Shown here piece after piece: positions 34,166 through 49,551 of a stretch of 64,000 nucleotides of DNA. The translations under genes were made by a program, and so were the position numbers. The notes beneath the pieces are model-generated. The model was not told where the DNA came from and made no database searches. It saw nothing but the letters and a program-made list of their open reading frames with translations. Location of the stretch: NCBI GenBank assembly GCA_964016885.1, contig OZ024742.1:262322001-262386000 (forward strand), read 5' to 3'. Position 1 is the first letter of the stretch. Each line of letters starts with the position of its first letter. The DNA comes from Eledone cirrhosa. Taxonomy: Eukaryota.

Positions 34166-34424
34166 ATATATAAACAACTATCTGGTTGTGGAACCAACCA
34201 ACCAACCAGAATTTTATAAGTTTGTAGATTTGTAAATTTATAAATTTATAAATATATAATAAATTGAAGTGAAAGCAACTGGTGCGTGTGTTTCTTATTG
34301 GCAACATGACCCTCCCAAAGTATAACAATATCGGTTTCAACACACGATTTCAGATAAAGAATCTTGCTAAACAAATTCAGAAACGATATATATATATATA
34401 TGTATATATATGTATATATATATG

Positions 34425-34456
<32 letters not shown>

Positions 34457-34509
34457 CATATACATATATATACATATATATATATATACATATACATATA
34501 TATATATAC

Positions 34510-34556
<47 letters not shown>

Positions 34557-34677
34557 TACATATATGTATACATATATACATATATATATACATATATATA
34601 CATATATACATATATATACACATATATATATATATATACATATATACATATATATATACATATATACATATATATAC

Positions 34678-34714
<37 letters not shown>

Positions 34715-34843
34715 CATATATACATATATATATATACATATATATATATATACATATATACATATATACATATATATATACATATATATATATATATACA
34801 TATATACATATATATATACATATATATATATATACATATATAC

Positions 34844-34896
<53 letters not shown>

Positions 34897-34941
34897 CATA
34901 TATACATATATATATACATATATATATATATACATATATAC

Positions 34942-35004
<63 letters not shown>

Positions 35005-35100
35005 CACATATATATATATACACATATATATATATATATACACACATATATATACATATATATATACACATATATATATACATATATATATACCTATATA

Positions 35101-35150
<50 letters not shown>

Positions 35151-35283
35151 CACTTATATATATATACACATATTTATATATATACACATATATATATATA
35201 CATATACACACATATATATATATACACATATTTATATATATACACATATATATATATATATATATACACATATATATATATAC

Positions 35284-35325
<42 letters not shown>

Positions 35326-35346
35326 ATACATATATATATACATACA

Positions 35347-35388
<42 letters not shown>

Positions 35389-35398
35389 CAGTTATATA

Positions 35399-35487
<89 letters not shown>

Positions 35488-35520
35488 CATTTATATATAT
35501 ATACATATATATATATATAC

Positions 35521-35565
<45 letters not shown>

Positions 35566-35580
35566 TATATATATATATAT

Positions 35581-35657
<77 letters not shown>

Positions 35658-35679
35658 ACATATATATATATACATATAT

Positions 35680-35680
<1 letters not shown>

Positions 35681-35713
<33 letters not shown>

Positions 35714-35966
35714 ACGTTTAACGTCCGTGTTCCACGCTTGCATGGGTTTGGACGGGGGTTTTTCCACTTGAGGCAAGAGTGATTGTCTTGCTCGCATAGG
35801 ACTGTCTGGCAGGTTTTCTACAGTTGGATGCCCTTCCTAACACCAACCACATTTATAGTGTGGGTCTGGGAGGTTTTTACCGTGTTGCCTACACGGGCAC
35901 ATTTCAGCGTGGACTGTGTGTTTTTTTGTCGTGACACCTACACGATCTCATTTGTTTCGGCCTGGA
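35681..35966 (-). mobile_element. 3' UTR fragment of the RTE LINE family at 11891
   Basis: Near-identical to 11891-12165 including the (GAT)n tail. Confidence 0.85.
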
Positions 35967-36208
35967 GGAAGCAGAGGAAACCTTTTTCCAAGAGATGTTA
36001 TATTTAATATTTTTGTCTTTCAAGGACCATATGAGTTCTGAGAGAGCCGTGTTGGTTCTTTTAAGTTTATATTTAAAAGACGAATGATGATTATAAAGAC
36101 GAGCTTTAAAGGAGGTGGAAGTGGAGCCAAAATAGGTGAAGATATCTTATCCGATATCTGCATTGCTTTATTGTACTACAATAAAACTCACCTCCTACAT
36201 ATATATAC

Positions 36209-36288
<80 letters not shown>

Positions 36289-36308
36289 ATATACATATAT
36301 ATATACAC

Positions 36309-36475
<167 letters not shown>

Positions 36476-36498
36476 CATACATATATATATATATATAT

Positions 36499-36544
<46 letters not shown>

Positions 36545-36547
<3 letters not shown>

Positions 36548-36824
36548 TTTTCATTTCATTTCATTTCATTTAACGTCCACTTTTCCCTGCTTGCAAGGGT
36601 GAGACGGGAACTGATTTGGCTTGATTTCTACAGCTGGATGCCCTTCCTAACACCAACCTCATTTACAGTGAGTGCTGGGTGCGTTTTTGCCGTGGCACCT
36701 CCACGACCACTTTGCAGTGGAATGATATGGACCCCAGTCCCTATCATCTCATTTCTACAGCTGAGTAAACTGGAGCAATGTGAAATAAAGTGTCTTGCTC
36801 AAGGAAACAACACATCACCCGGTC

Positions 36825-36825
<1 letters not shown>
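36545..36825 (-). mobile_element. CORE-type SINE lacking its tRNA head; an inverted tail fragment follows at about 36885-36962
   Basis: Matches 4855-5115. Confidence 0.8.
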
Positions 36826-36884
<59 letters not shown>

Positions 36885-36961
36885 AATCAAGCCAAAATGA
36901 GTTCTCGTCCCACCCTTGCAAGCAGGGAAAAAGCGGACGTAAAATGAAATGATGATGAATG

Positions 36962-37104
<143 letters not shown>

Positions 37105-37819
37105 ATATATATATATACCTTGTAAATCTGGAGAAAGCAGTGCAAATAGTCTTCAAAGCGTATTTTTCCGTGTATTGTGCAACCACTTCTTGGCCGGAAG
37201 AAATGTCTGGAAAAGCCAAGATTTGGTGAATAATATTGATTTATGCTTGAAAAATATGAACTGTACTTATTTGATAATATAGGAACTGCACTTCATGTAA
37301 TGCCAAGATATGTCATTGTTATTTGCTTTTTATTTTATTATCAACTTACCAATAAAATATATCATTCTGTGATTATTAGGTCAGAACTGAGGATATGTTT
37401 TTAGCATTCTCATAAAAATTCAACATTTCATTGCATACACAAATGATGGCAGAATATTTCTCAATCAAGGACATAAAAACTGGAATACAAAGAAACAACA
37501 CTTACACAGTATCAGTATATAACTTTATTCAAAAGTTTTGCATAATATTGTATTTAAAAAATGTACAATCAAAGTAAAAAATTACTCAGTGATGGTTGAA
37601 TCTTGATATCATTGCTGTCTTCTGCTGGCTATTTTATCAGAAACAGACCTACAAAAAACTGGAAACATTTAGTTATGGTATACACTGTGCATCCACAAAA
37701 CAAACAAGGAATAACATGAAAAAAAACTGTGCAAATGACACGGTTGGTGTTTCACTATGTATGTTTATATATTTATGTATATATGTGTATGTATATATGT
37801 ACATATATATACCCATATA

Positions 37820-38023
37820 TGGTCGTGTTGGTAACACAGTAAAACGCTCCCGGTCCACACTGTAAATGTGGTTGGAGTTAGGAAGGGCATCCAGCTGTAG
37901 AAAACCTACCAGATAGCCCTATACAAGCGAGACACGGTCACCCGACCAATCTTGCCTCAAGTAGGACAATTCCTGTCTAACCCACGCTGGCATGGAAGAT
38001 GGACGTTAAACGATGATGATGAT
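37820..38023 (+). mobile_element. RTE-type 3' tail fragment
   Basis: CACTGTAAATGTGGTTGGAGTTAGGAAGGGCATCC...GGACGTTAAACGATGATGAT. Related tails at about 40140-40405, 40500-40710 and 42610-42800 (minus). Confidence 0.7.
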
Positions 38024-38064
38024 ATGTGTATGTATATATGTATATATATATATGTGTGTGTGTA

Positions 38065-38129
<65 letters not shown>

Positions 38130-38134
38130 ATACT

Positions 38135-39695
38135 CTTTTACCCGTTCCAGCCATCATGCTGGGGCACTACCCTTATTGCTACACTTTTTATATCCAGCCT
38201 ACGTTGGCTGGCCATTTTTTGTAGGAGGGAGTTTGTTGCTACAGGCCTTAGGTTACATTCGTTCCGTGCTGTGGGTTCATCTGGGATCCAGGATAGTAGA
38301 GTGTCAAGATGTTTCTTGAAAACATCCACGTCCACACCATGCAGATCTCTCAATTTTCTTGGCAGCTTATTAAAGAGTTGAGGGCCTTTAAACCCCAGTC
38401 TATTGAAATATCTACTCTTTAGTCTAGATGTGAAAGACAGGACCTTTGGAACCACACAGTGACGTCCTGTTTGACGGTTGGATCTTCCATATGTATAACA
38501 CTGTGTACCTCTCCCACCTTCGTTTCAAGGTGTAGAGTTTTAGTTCTTTTAGCCTCTCCCAGTAGCTCATCTCTTTCATCGTGGCAATCCTCTTGGTGTA
38601 GCTTCATTGGATTGCTTCAAGCTCTGTGGTTAGTTTGACACTATGGGTGCCCACAGCTGGGAGCAATAATCTAGTTGGCTTAGGACAAATGTCCTCCATA
38701 GTACCAACATGGTTTCTCGGTCTCATGTCTTGAAAGTCCTCAAGATTCAGCCAGTGAGTTTTCTGTACATTGTCGTCATTTTCATGATGTGTGAATGAAA
38801 TGATGTATCGTCGCGCAGGTCTCATCGATTTCAACATGGGGATTTCGATTCCTTCTGGTTTGGTGTAGCTTTGTTGGACTGTCTGTGTGTTTGCAGGTTG
38901 ATATCGTTTTCAAGCATTAAATAGCATGTTGTTGTAGGCAGCCCATTTGTATATGGCATCCAGATCTTATAAAAGAGTAGCATCAGCCGGGTTCTTGATT
39001 GCCTGTGTTACATTTGTGTCATCAGCATAGCTAGTGATGGATGTTGTAAGAGCCACCAAAAACAGTCATGGTCCCAAGACTGCTCTGGGGCAACCCACTT
39101 GTTATTGATGTTTCCTTCGAGAGGGCCCCATTGGGTATAACAGTCTGGCTTCTGTCTTTTAAGAAGTCGTGCAGCAACTCATAATTTTCCAGTTATGCCA
39201 AATCTGTGTAGTTTGTAACATATTCCATGGTTGACCTTGTCGAAGGCCTTTGCTAAGTCAAGATATATCAGGTCTACATTTAAGCAGTCATAGTGTTGTA
39301 AAAGCTGTGTAAGGCAGCAGCTTTCTGGGCAAAAGCCATGTTGAGTGTCATCCAGGAGTTCATTTTCTGATGATTCAGTGCATGATCTTACTGATATGCG
39401 AGGTCAAGGAGACCAGCCTGTAGTTTTTAGCCTCTTGTTGGATAGGGCATATTATGCCTTCTTTTAGCTCTCTGGTTAGTTTACTGCTAGCCAGTGGACT
39501 TCTGAAGAAGATCTTGCTAAGTCACACATGTTTTTAGGAGGATTGATTGGAATCCTCCAGGTCCAGCAGCTGAGTTTGATCTCATTTCTTCCATGGCTGA
39601 TATTACATCTTCCTCCATTATATCTATGTGATTGATGGTCGCCATTTCTCTGTGTAGTGCCGTGGCATTAAAGAATTCCCCTGGCTTTATTTGCG
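38135..39695 (-). mobile_element. Degenerate CR1/L2-group LINE (RT to 3' end)
   Basis: SAMEEMRSNSAAGPGG, DLAKAFDKV, YADDT (about 39015-39030) and GPQLFNKLP...FKKHLDTLL...PDEP in broken frames. Confidence 0.85.
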
Positions 39696-40099
39696 TGTCC
39701 CTCTTTGGGGGTGCGGAATATATATACATATATATATACAAGCGGAAACAACGCTTAACACTGACACCTGATGACCTGCTCACGAAAACCACAAAAGCGA
39801 TCGACCAGTATTACCACTCCTGAGTCCAGCATGAAAAGAAACGACTCAAGCGGAAATTTGAATCGATCAAGATGAAGTGAGAGTGTATTTGATTGAATAC
39901 ATATATGAGAAAACTCATCGCTAGAACAGCCGTTAAAGCAGTCAAATGTTGTCAAAAACAGCAATAGACAAAAATGCCCCAGAGGACGTAGACCAGCGGT
40001 CAGTGGCATACAGAGAGACAATCCACAAGGTAGGCAACAGGCCGATGAAACACAGAAAAGTCCAAAAGAGGAGGAGGACAAGGAGAAGTACACATGAAA

Positions 40100-40130
<31 letters not shown>

Positions 40131-41021
40131 CAAAAGACCCGACTTCCCATGGGTATAGGATGAAGTAAATGCATCCAATGAAGCCCCCAGCTGACACTGA
40201 GGTAGTCATGTAGGTGTCTCAAGAGGCACGCAGTACTCACTGTAAATGAGGTTGGCATTAGGAAGGGCATCCAGCTGTAGAAACCAGGTCAGACTCAGTT
40301 CTGTATGAGCAAGACATGGTCACCTGATCTAACATTGCCCACAACAGGACAACTCGTCTAACTCATGCAAGTGTGGCAAAATGGGCGTAAAACGCTAATG
40401 ATGATACATATATATACCCCACACACACAGAGCTACAAGGACCTTTCAGTCATGTCATGGACATGATAGCCTCTTTAGTGTTGGTGATCTACATGATAAA
40501 TGCACCCTGTACATACTGTAAAGTGGTTGTTGATAGGAATGGCATCCAGCTGTAGAAAGCTCACCAAGCTTACCAGACAAAGGGCGAATGTACCACTTCA
40601 ATCCTGTCAAGGACATGACAACCTCCTATTGTTGGTGATTTACATAACAAACGCACCCGGTACACCTGGTAAAGTGGTTGGTGATAGGAAGGGCATCCGG
40701 CCATAGAAATCTTTCCAAACAAAGGGTTGGGAGGACTCTCAGTTATGTCAAAGGCACTTGGTGAAACATGAGACCATACATAAGCGAGACACAGATCCCT
40801 GGCCCTTTGTATGTATATATATGTGTGAATGTCTTCCTGACTGTCTCACTCTCTCTCTATATATGTATGATAGACATTCCAGCTGTGGTTATTTCAACTT
40901 ATTCACATACAATAATCTTACAGTCCTATATTCATTGTGTTCTTCCTTTAAATTTTAAATCAGGAGTAACTTGTTATTTCAGTGAGATTCAGTTGTCATT
41001 TCTAGTGGTTGTGTGAGTTTA

Positions 41022-41345
41022 GGGTGAAGGCTCATGACTTAGTGGTTAGGGTGATTGGCTCACAAGCGTAGGTTTATATGTTCAATTCCCCACTGCATGA
41101 AATAGTGTCCAAGAGCTGGACACTATTTCATGTTGCTCCAGTCCACTCAGCTGGCAAAAGGGAGTTGTACATGTAATTCAAAGAGTCAGCTTCGTCAATG
41201 TTATGCTGAATATCCCTCCCCCCACACCCCATGTTAAGGGTACACGAATCTCTGGAATGCTCAGTCACTTGCACATTGATTACACAAGCAAGCTGTCCTG
41301 TTGATGGAACGACTGGAACACTCATCGCTGGAACTGACAGAAGTC
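41022..41345 (+). mobile_element. Diverged tRNA-derived SINE
   Basis: TGACTTAGTGGTTAGGG...GTTCAATTCCC head followed by CORE-like CACTATTTCATGTTGCTCCAGTCCACTCAGCTG. Confidence 0.65.
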
Positions 41346-43007
41346 CAACACAATAATTTAGGTCTCTTGACTTTCAATTACGTTATAATTGTTCTCCTCG
41401 TTGCTGTCCTACTCACACCAACGCCACCTTTCCTTCCTCATCTCCCACTCCCCCACTGTCCCATTTACTCATTCCTTTACATCTTCCCCCATAACACGTT
41501 TAATAATATAAATAAATGTTGGTTGGTATTTGGTTGACATTCCACAACACATCTGTGGGTGGTAGTAGTAGTGGTGGTGGTGTAGATGTGTAATGTGTTG
41601 CTACAGTTGCAGGACACATAATGTAGTCTTAGATAGGCTTCTACACAGTTTCCACCTCCCAAATTCCACACGCAAGGCATTGGTCTAGCTATGGCTATAG
41701 TAGAATGTTTGCCCAAGGTGCCACACAGTGGAACTAAACCCGAGACCACGATGGACGGTGGTTTGTATTGGTGGGAAGGAGCGACAAGTAGAGGAGGTAA
41801 CATTGTATAATGAGTCCAGTAAAGAGAAAACTGAATGGTTTTAATGGTTATTCATAACTTCAGCTACTTTGGTTAGTTGGTTGGTGTCAAAGGTAGTTGA
41901 GTGGAGTAGGGGGTTGATTGTAGTGATGTGGAAGTAGTAGAGGTGAATGGTGGTGGTGGTGATGGCAGTGGTGACACATGTACACCCGCATGCACACATA
42001 TATAGACAACGAAAACAACTTTTTTATCATGCCCCTCCACATTTACCCTTTCCAGTTCATTCTCCGTATAATTATTAAGACAGAGCGGAAATACTGGTTA
42101 TTGTCTACAGGAAGTGACTACCAATACCTGTCGCTAACCGCATCACCACCGTTTCCCCGACCACCATTCAATATTCTCACGGTTTAAATACTCACAGTGA
42201 GACTATATGTATGTTTATTATACATAAGCATACTTTATATGGGTCCATGTACACCTTTATTTTGAACCAAGTAGTGTTGGGGCTACCGCTAATTATTGCT
42301 GGTCAGTCAAACCTGCACTATATGTAAATAAGCTATAAACAAAAATAGCTTATTTACAAATTCTATAAGACTTTCTTTCATATCTCAGTATTTCGAAAGT
42401 AAGCATCCACTGAGCGTAGAAGAAATCCTGAAATACATGCATATAGTGTTCTTACATAAGTGCTGAGGCTGTTGTGATATAATCACAACTTAAATACTCA
42501 CAGGGAAACTATATGTGCGTTTATCTTACATAAACATATTGTATGTGTTTATATACATCTTTATTCTGAACCACACCATGTTAGAGCTGTTGCTAAGTAA
42601 TACATTACCATTATCATCATTATTTAATGTCTTCTTTCCATGCTGGCGTGGGTAGGAGGAGTTTTCGCGGTCCACGTCTAGACGGGTCAGAAATACCTAA
42701 CTGTGTTCATGCATTTCATATTTTGACATTGTTTCTATGACTAGATGCTCTTCTTATCGCTTACCACTTTACAGTGTGTACTGGATGCACTTAATCATGA
42801 TACCAGCATTAACACTTTACAGTTTGTATTGGGTGTATTTTATCATGGTATTAGCACTACCACTTTACAGAATGTACTGGGTGCATTTTTCGTGGCACCA
42901 GCAGTAGAGAGGTTGTCATATACTTGATAAAACTGAAGAGTCCTCTTTACCTTTGACTGATAAAAGTAGTTATTAGTGACATTAGATTAAACTGACTGAT
43001 AAAAGTA

Positions 43008-43195
43008 GGTGGATTGGCAGTATAGGTAGAGGGTCGGACGCCATGCTTTCCAGCATAGTTACGTCCCTTTACGATCTGAGTTCAAATCCCGCCGAGGTTG
43101 ACTTTGCCTTTCATCCTTACGGGGTAGATAAAATAAAGTACCAGTAATGCACTGAGTAATTGCTGGCCTTGTGCCTAAAGTAGAAACAATTATCT
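43008..43195 (+). mobile_element. Abundant octopus-type SINE (second family)
   Basis: CTGAGTTCAAATCCCGCCGAGGTTGACTTTGCCTTTCATCC...AAAGTACCAG; other copies at about 56605-56725, 58130-58250 (minus) and 59582-59700. Confidence 0.75.
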
Positions 43196-43414
43196 TAATT
43201 CAATCACCAACCACTTTACAGAGTGAATTTTTAAAATTCAGTTACTGAGATTATCCAGGTAATTAGTAGGTAAAAACTCTAAGTGGGTGTTTAAAGTCTG
43301 AATATAGCAAGGAAAGGGGATAACTACAGTAAGATCAATTGATTGAAGTTTTACCGCTCACATTTTATAAAATAATTTATATAGGACGTTTCCAAATTTT
43401 ACTGTTGCTGCTGT

Positions 43415-43447
<33 letters not shown>

Positions 43448-43473
43448 CACTACCACCACAACCACTACTATTG

Positions 43474-43504
<31 letters not shown>

Positions 43505-43691
43505 CAACACCATTGCTACTGTCTGTGTTATTAAAATAGCTTGTTTACATACATTTTTGTTTAAATGTATAGCTCTGAGTATGTGTGTGTAAGTGTTCTA
43601 TGTTGTTTATGAAAGATGTTTGACAACCCACACCACCAACTACAACCTTCATACACACACGTATGTGTGTGTGTATATATATATATATATG

Positions 43692-44048
43692 TAAGTATGT
43701 ATACGTACATACATATATGTATACAGACGTACAGTAGTATGTATATATATATACATACATGCACACACATATATATATGTACGTATGGATTCACCGAACA
43801 TTTATTATAATGCTCGGTGTGTTTGTAAACAAACATCCCGTTTGTAAACAAACACCAAGCATTATAATAAATGTTCGATGAATCCATACGTACATATATA
43901 TATATATATATATGTGTGCATGTATGTATATATATATACATACTACTGTACATCTGTATACATATATGTATGTACGTATACATACTTATATTTAAGTAAC
44001 AGCCGTACTAAGAGTGGGAAATGAAATTTCGTTTCATTTTTTCCGTTT
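43692..44048 (+). mobile_element. Fold-back copy of the hammerhead-bearing family at 60073-60705
   Basis: 43692-43835 is the inverted copy of about 43840-43988; the long arm matches 60510-60703 and ends at the same TTTTCCGTTT + TA. Confidence 0.75.
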
Positions 44049-44281
44049 TTATATATATATATATATAAATAAATTATCGAGAATCGGAATTTCGGCCCAC
44101 GGAATAACGAAACACAATCTTCGAAATGCGTGGCAAAGGGCTCAATAGTTTGGATAAACCAGAGCTATAACTATCGTTTAAATACCAACACCCGGAGACA
44201 ATGCTTAAAATCACTCGCACAGCCGAAAAAAACGACCAGGAAAATTCGGGTCAGACAAATAATAATATAAATGAATGAAAA

Positions 44282-45398
<1,117 letters not shown>

Positions 45399-45399
45399 T

Positions 45400-45457
<58 letters not shown>

Positions 45458-46156
45458 TTAGTTATACTATTTATGGTTATGTAAACACAAAACCTTAAGC
45501 AGTTGTAAGTATTTTACACACACCCTAAATAGTGGTAGGCAGTAATGTATTACTACCTTATTACCAGTAAGTTAAGTAGCTCAATGTCGAACTAAAGAAC
45601 ACCAGACTACGATCTCTAACTGGATTGTCGTGGATTATGTGAAAGGCATATAATCGAAATATACACTCCCTTGACCATGAAAATGCCGAAGTACATGAAT
45701 TACTTGACATCCCTGCGCTGTGCATCTCCAATACTTATAACACTTTTAATGCTTGCACTATCTTTAATGCTTATAATATTTCTCCACACACAGACTATAT
45801 CAATCATATAAAGACTTTGCCACCAGATCTACCAACCTAACACTCTTATTTACCTACCTAAGTGCCTCTACCACACATATCTCTCTGCCACACTATATAA
45901 ACAAGACGCACATGCGTGCCACACATATAACATTTGCACTATATAACCACTTATCTTCATGTTGTACTTTAACCTATATCTTTGATTTTTGATTGTACCT
46001 ATTAATATAAATGTAATCTCGAAGTGTGTACTGCCACTCTAAATTCTGTAATGAATGTTGACCCACAATGTTTGAATATGTATCAATGTTTGAATATGTA
46101 TTGGTATGTCTCTCGGCTGAAAAGGAGGTCATATAACTGTCCATGCATTAATAAAT

Positions 46157-46203
46157 TGCTCCGAAGAATCCAAACCTCGGTTTGGAGGAAACAGCTGTAA
46201 GCA
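46157..46203 (+). ncRNA. Type-I hammerhead (U4C variant) with palindromic stem III
   Basis: tgct CCGAAGA A tccaaac ctcg gtttgga G GAAA cagctg TA agca, at the 3' end of a non-coding island (about 45455-46240). Confidence 0.8.
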
Positions 46204-46366
46204 CAATAATGTTTTGAACAGTTCTTTGATTCTTATATTTCATATATATATATATATATATAAATATAGTAATAATAATAAAATTGAAGACTAAAATCCA
46301 AAGAGGGCTCGATAAGGAAAATATATATCAAATATATAAGAACCGTAGAGCAAGTTATTTTAATAA

Positions 46367-46418
<52 letters not shown>

Positions 46419-46430
46419 GTATATATATAA

Positions 46431-46498
<68 letters not shown>

Positions 46499-46506
<8 letters not shown>

Positions 46507-47045
46507 ATACTTTGGGAGGGTCATGTTGCCAATAAGAAACACACGCACCAGTAGCATTGACTTCAATTTATAATAAATTTATAAATTTCCGGTTGGTTGG
46601 TTGGTTCCACAACCAGATGGTTGTTTATATATTGTCAAAGTTCTTTCGTCACACATTCTGTGACCTCTTCAGTACTGGGATTCTTTTCTTTGTTTTTGTG
46701 CCTCTCCTTTGTTCTGTCCTACGCCATCTTGGCGTAGAAGATGGCATAGGACAGAACACAGGAGAGGCACAAAAACAAAGAAAAGAATCCCCAGTCACTG
46801 AAGAGGTCACAGAATGTGTGACGAAAGAACTTTGACAATATATAAACAATCATCTCGTTGTGGAACCAACCAACCAACCGGAAATTTATAAATTCCTAAA
46901 TTTATAAATTTATTATAATAAATTGAAGTGAAAGCAACTGGTGCATGTGTTTCTTATTGACAACATGACCCTCCCAAAGTATAACAATATCGGTTTCAAC
47001 ACACGTTCTCAGATAAAGAATCTTGCTAAACAAATTCAGAAACGA
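46499..47045. mobile_element. Miniature palindromic derivative of PLE-B (two inverted pLTRs, each with a hammerhead)
   Basis: Same left end (ATATTGTTATACTTTGGGAGG) and same 55-nt tail ending CAGAAACGA as 28872-34386. Hammerheads at 46634-46676 (minus, stem I damaged) and 46794-46836 (plus). Confidence 0.88.
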
Positions 47046-47071
47046 AATATATATATATATATATATATATA

Positions 47072-47203
47072 TACACTCACACTCACACATACATACACAG
47101 AGAAACATGTGAGTGCGCATTTATAAACACGTGTCTATACATTTTTTATGAATCAGATACGAGAGGGTTTGGTGTCAATACAATACAGTGTGTGTGTGTC
47201 AGC

Positions 47204-47252
<49 letters not shown>

Positions 47253-47363
47253 TGTATTGTATTGACACCAAAGCCTCTCGTATCTGAGTCATAAAAAATG
47301 TATAAGCACGTGTTTATAAATGCGCACTCACATGTTTTTCTGTGTATGTATGTGTGAGTGTGA

Positions 47364-47368
<5 letters not shown>
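47072..47368. repeat. About 125-bp inverted repeat around a TA spacer
   Basis: About 47072-47197 vs 47245-47368. Confidence 0.85.
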
Positions 47369-47401
<33 letters not shown>

Positions 47402-47470
47402 AATGAATAATAACAGGTAGACATCATAAAAAGGTAATTAACCATTACTACATCTAGGATAATCCTATAC

Positions 47471-47505
<35 letters not shown>

Positions 47506-47827
47506 AAAATGGAGCGCTGCGTGGTTGCACATGGGTTACATGTGAATAAAATTAGTCCTTCATCAGTGATCTTCCAACTTTCATTGGTATTTCATCGCTT
47601 TAAAATATATATATATATATTGATTTATTGATATTTTATTTGAGTGACCCGAATCCTCCTGGTCGTTCTTTTTCGGCTGCGCGGGTGATTTTAGGCATAA
47701 TCTTTTTGTGTTGGTAATTTAACGATAGTTATAGCTCTGATTTATCCAAATTATTGAGCCCTCTGCCACTCATATCGGATTTGTTTATCGTTAATTCGTG
47801 AGCTGATTTTCCGATACTCGATTATTC

Positions 47828-47904
<77 letters not shown>

Positions 47905-48571
47905 GGTGTTAAAGTTTGCTTGAAGCATTGTGAAATATGTAAAATATGCAGTTTAGAAAGCCACAACAATGCAGATGGGAAATCTCTCAATTTTCACTTT
48001 TCTCCTATTTCTCACTCACTTCCTACCTCGAGATTTCCCATCTGCATTGTTGTGGCTGTCTAAACTACATATTTTATATATATATATATATATGAGAGTA
48101 TTGAAGTTTGCTTGAAGCATTGTGGAAAGTCGTTTGGAAGCCTCGACAATGCAAATGGGTAAATCTCCGGGTAACAAGGTCCGGTGGTGGAGAGAGAGAT
48201 ATGTAAGTGGGTGTACGTTGAGATGCGTGGTGTGTATAAGATGTGTGAGATGTGTAGAATGAAGGGAAGAGTAAAAGAATAAAAATAATAATAACAACAC
48301 AAGAGAGAGAGTTACCTTGGGAGAGATTTAATAGTCCCTATATATTTCGGATTCACATCCATCAACTGGGGTTTTTTCCGGGGTGGAGGAAAAGGTTGTC
48401 TGTCGGACAACTCGGAACGCGTCTTTCGCTGTTTGTTGATTTGAATATCTCTATATATATAATATATACACACATACACACGTTTATACATACAAGCATA
48501 CACATGTTTATGCATACACACATTTTGTTGAACTCACTGTTTTAATTATGTATATCTCTATATAAACTACA

Positions 48572-48885
48572 GTTTAACTCTGGTTTGACCCTAGTTAGTC
48601 TGGGTTTTGGTTAGTCCTCCTTAGCCTAGATTTGTTCTGGTTTTGTCTTTATTAGCCTTGGTTAATCATGGTTACCTTTAGTTAGTCCTGGTTAACACTG
48701 GTTTGTTCTTGTTAGCCATGGTTAGTTCAAGTTAGTCTTCGTTAACTCTTATTTGTTCTTGTTAGCCATTGTTAGTTCTGACTAGACATAATTAACCCTG
48801 GTTTACTCTTGTTAGCCTTGTTTAGTTATGGTTAGATATGGTTATCTCTGTTTCGTTTTGGTTAGTCATGGTTAACTATGGTCAT
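48572..48885. repeat. Degenerate 10-bp minisatellite (consensus near GGTTAGTCCT)
   Basis: GTTA/GTTT recurs every 10 nt: ggttaatcat ggttaccttt agttagtcct ggttaacact ggtttgttct... Confidence 0.85.
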
Positions 48886-49471
48886 TTTGGTCAAATATTT
48901 CTTTCGTAAAGGAATGGAATAAATGGATCTTCATACGTTTCAACAATAAGTGTTCCAGTTCCATCAATGGAACGCCCTATTCATGAAATTAACGCACAAG
49001 TAGCTGAACATTCTCCAAACATGTATACTCTAAACGAAATTCTCAGGGATATTCAGCATGAAAGCATATGACAATGCTAGCTCCTTAAATTACAGGTACA
49101 GTCCGTTGTATAAGCGGCTGAGTATTCCACAAACCTCTTAACGTAATTCCCAGGAAGAATCAGCGTGATACAGTGTGTAACAAGGATTGATTTTTGAATT
49201 ACAGGTACATTTCATTCGACAGATTTCCAAACAGTTTTTGTCTCCATAATTTCACTCACATGTCATGTGTTAACCTGAGTCTATTGTCAATGACACTTGT
49301 TGAAGGTATCATTGACAATAGTCTCAGTTTGATCAAATCCAGGACTTCATTATTTAGCTATTTGTCTATGCGTGCTTCCACACTTTTGAAAGAAATTGAA
49401 AACAGTGTATTTTCATCTTTATTTTCGGCAATGGAGAAAACTAAATGTTTAGAGATGGCAAATCAGTGGTT

Positions 49472-49551
49472 AGGAACTCCTTAGTGTAATGGTTAACATA
49501 CTCACACGGCATCAGAGAGACTCATGGTTCGAGTTCTCGCAGACGTCACCA
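49472..49551 (+). pseudogene. tRNA-like remnant
   Basis: A-box-like TAGTGTAATGG, B-box-like GGTTCGAG, ends in CACCA; stems poorly paired. Confidence 0.35.

Larger units (their letters stand above)
28872..34386. mobile_element. Penelope-like element B as a head-to-head palindrome (arms 28872-31299 and 31904-34331, plus 55-nt tail)
   Basis: Mirror coordinates sum to 63203 for stops, hammerheads and ends. Flanked by TA tracts. Confidence 0.95.

Noticed and set aside
39765-39800. CTGATGA...CGAAA motif
   Set aside because: No pairing for stems I, II or III.
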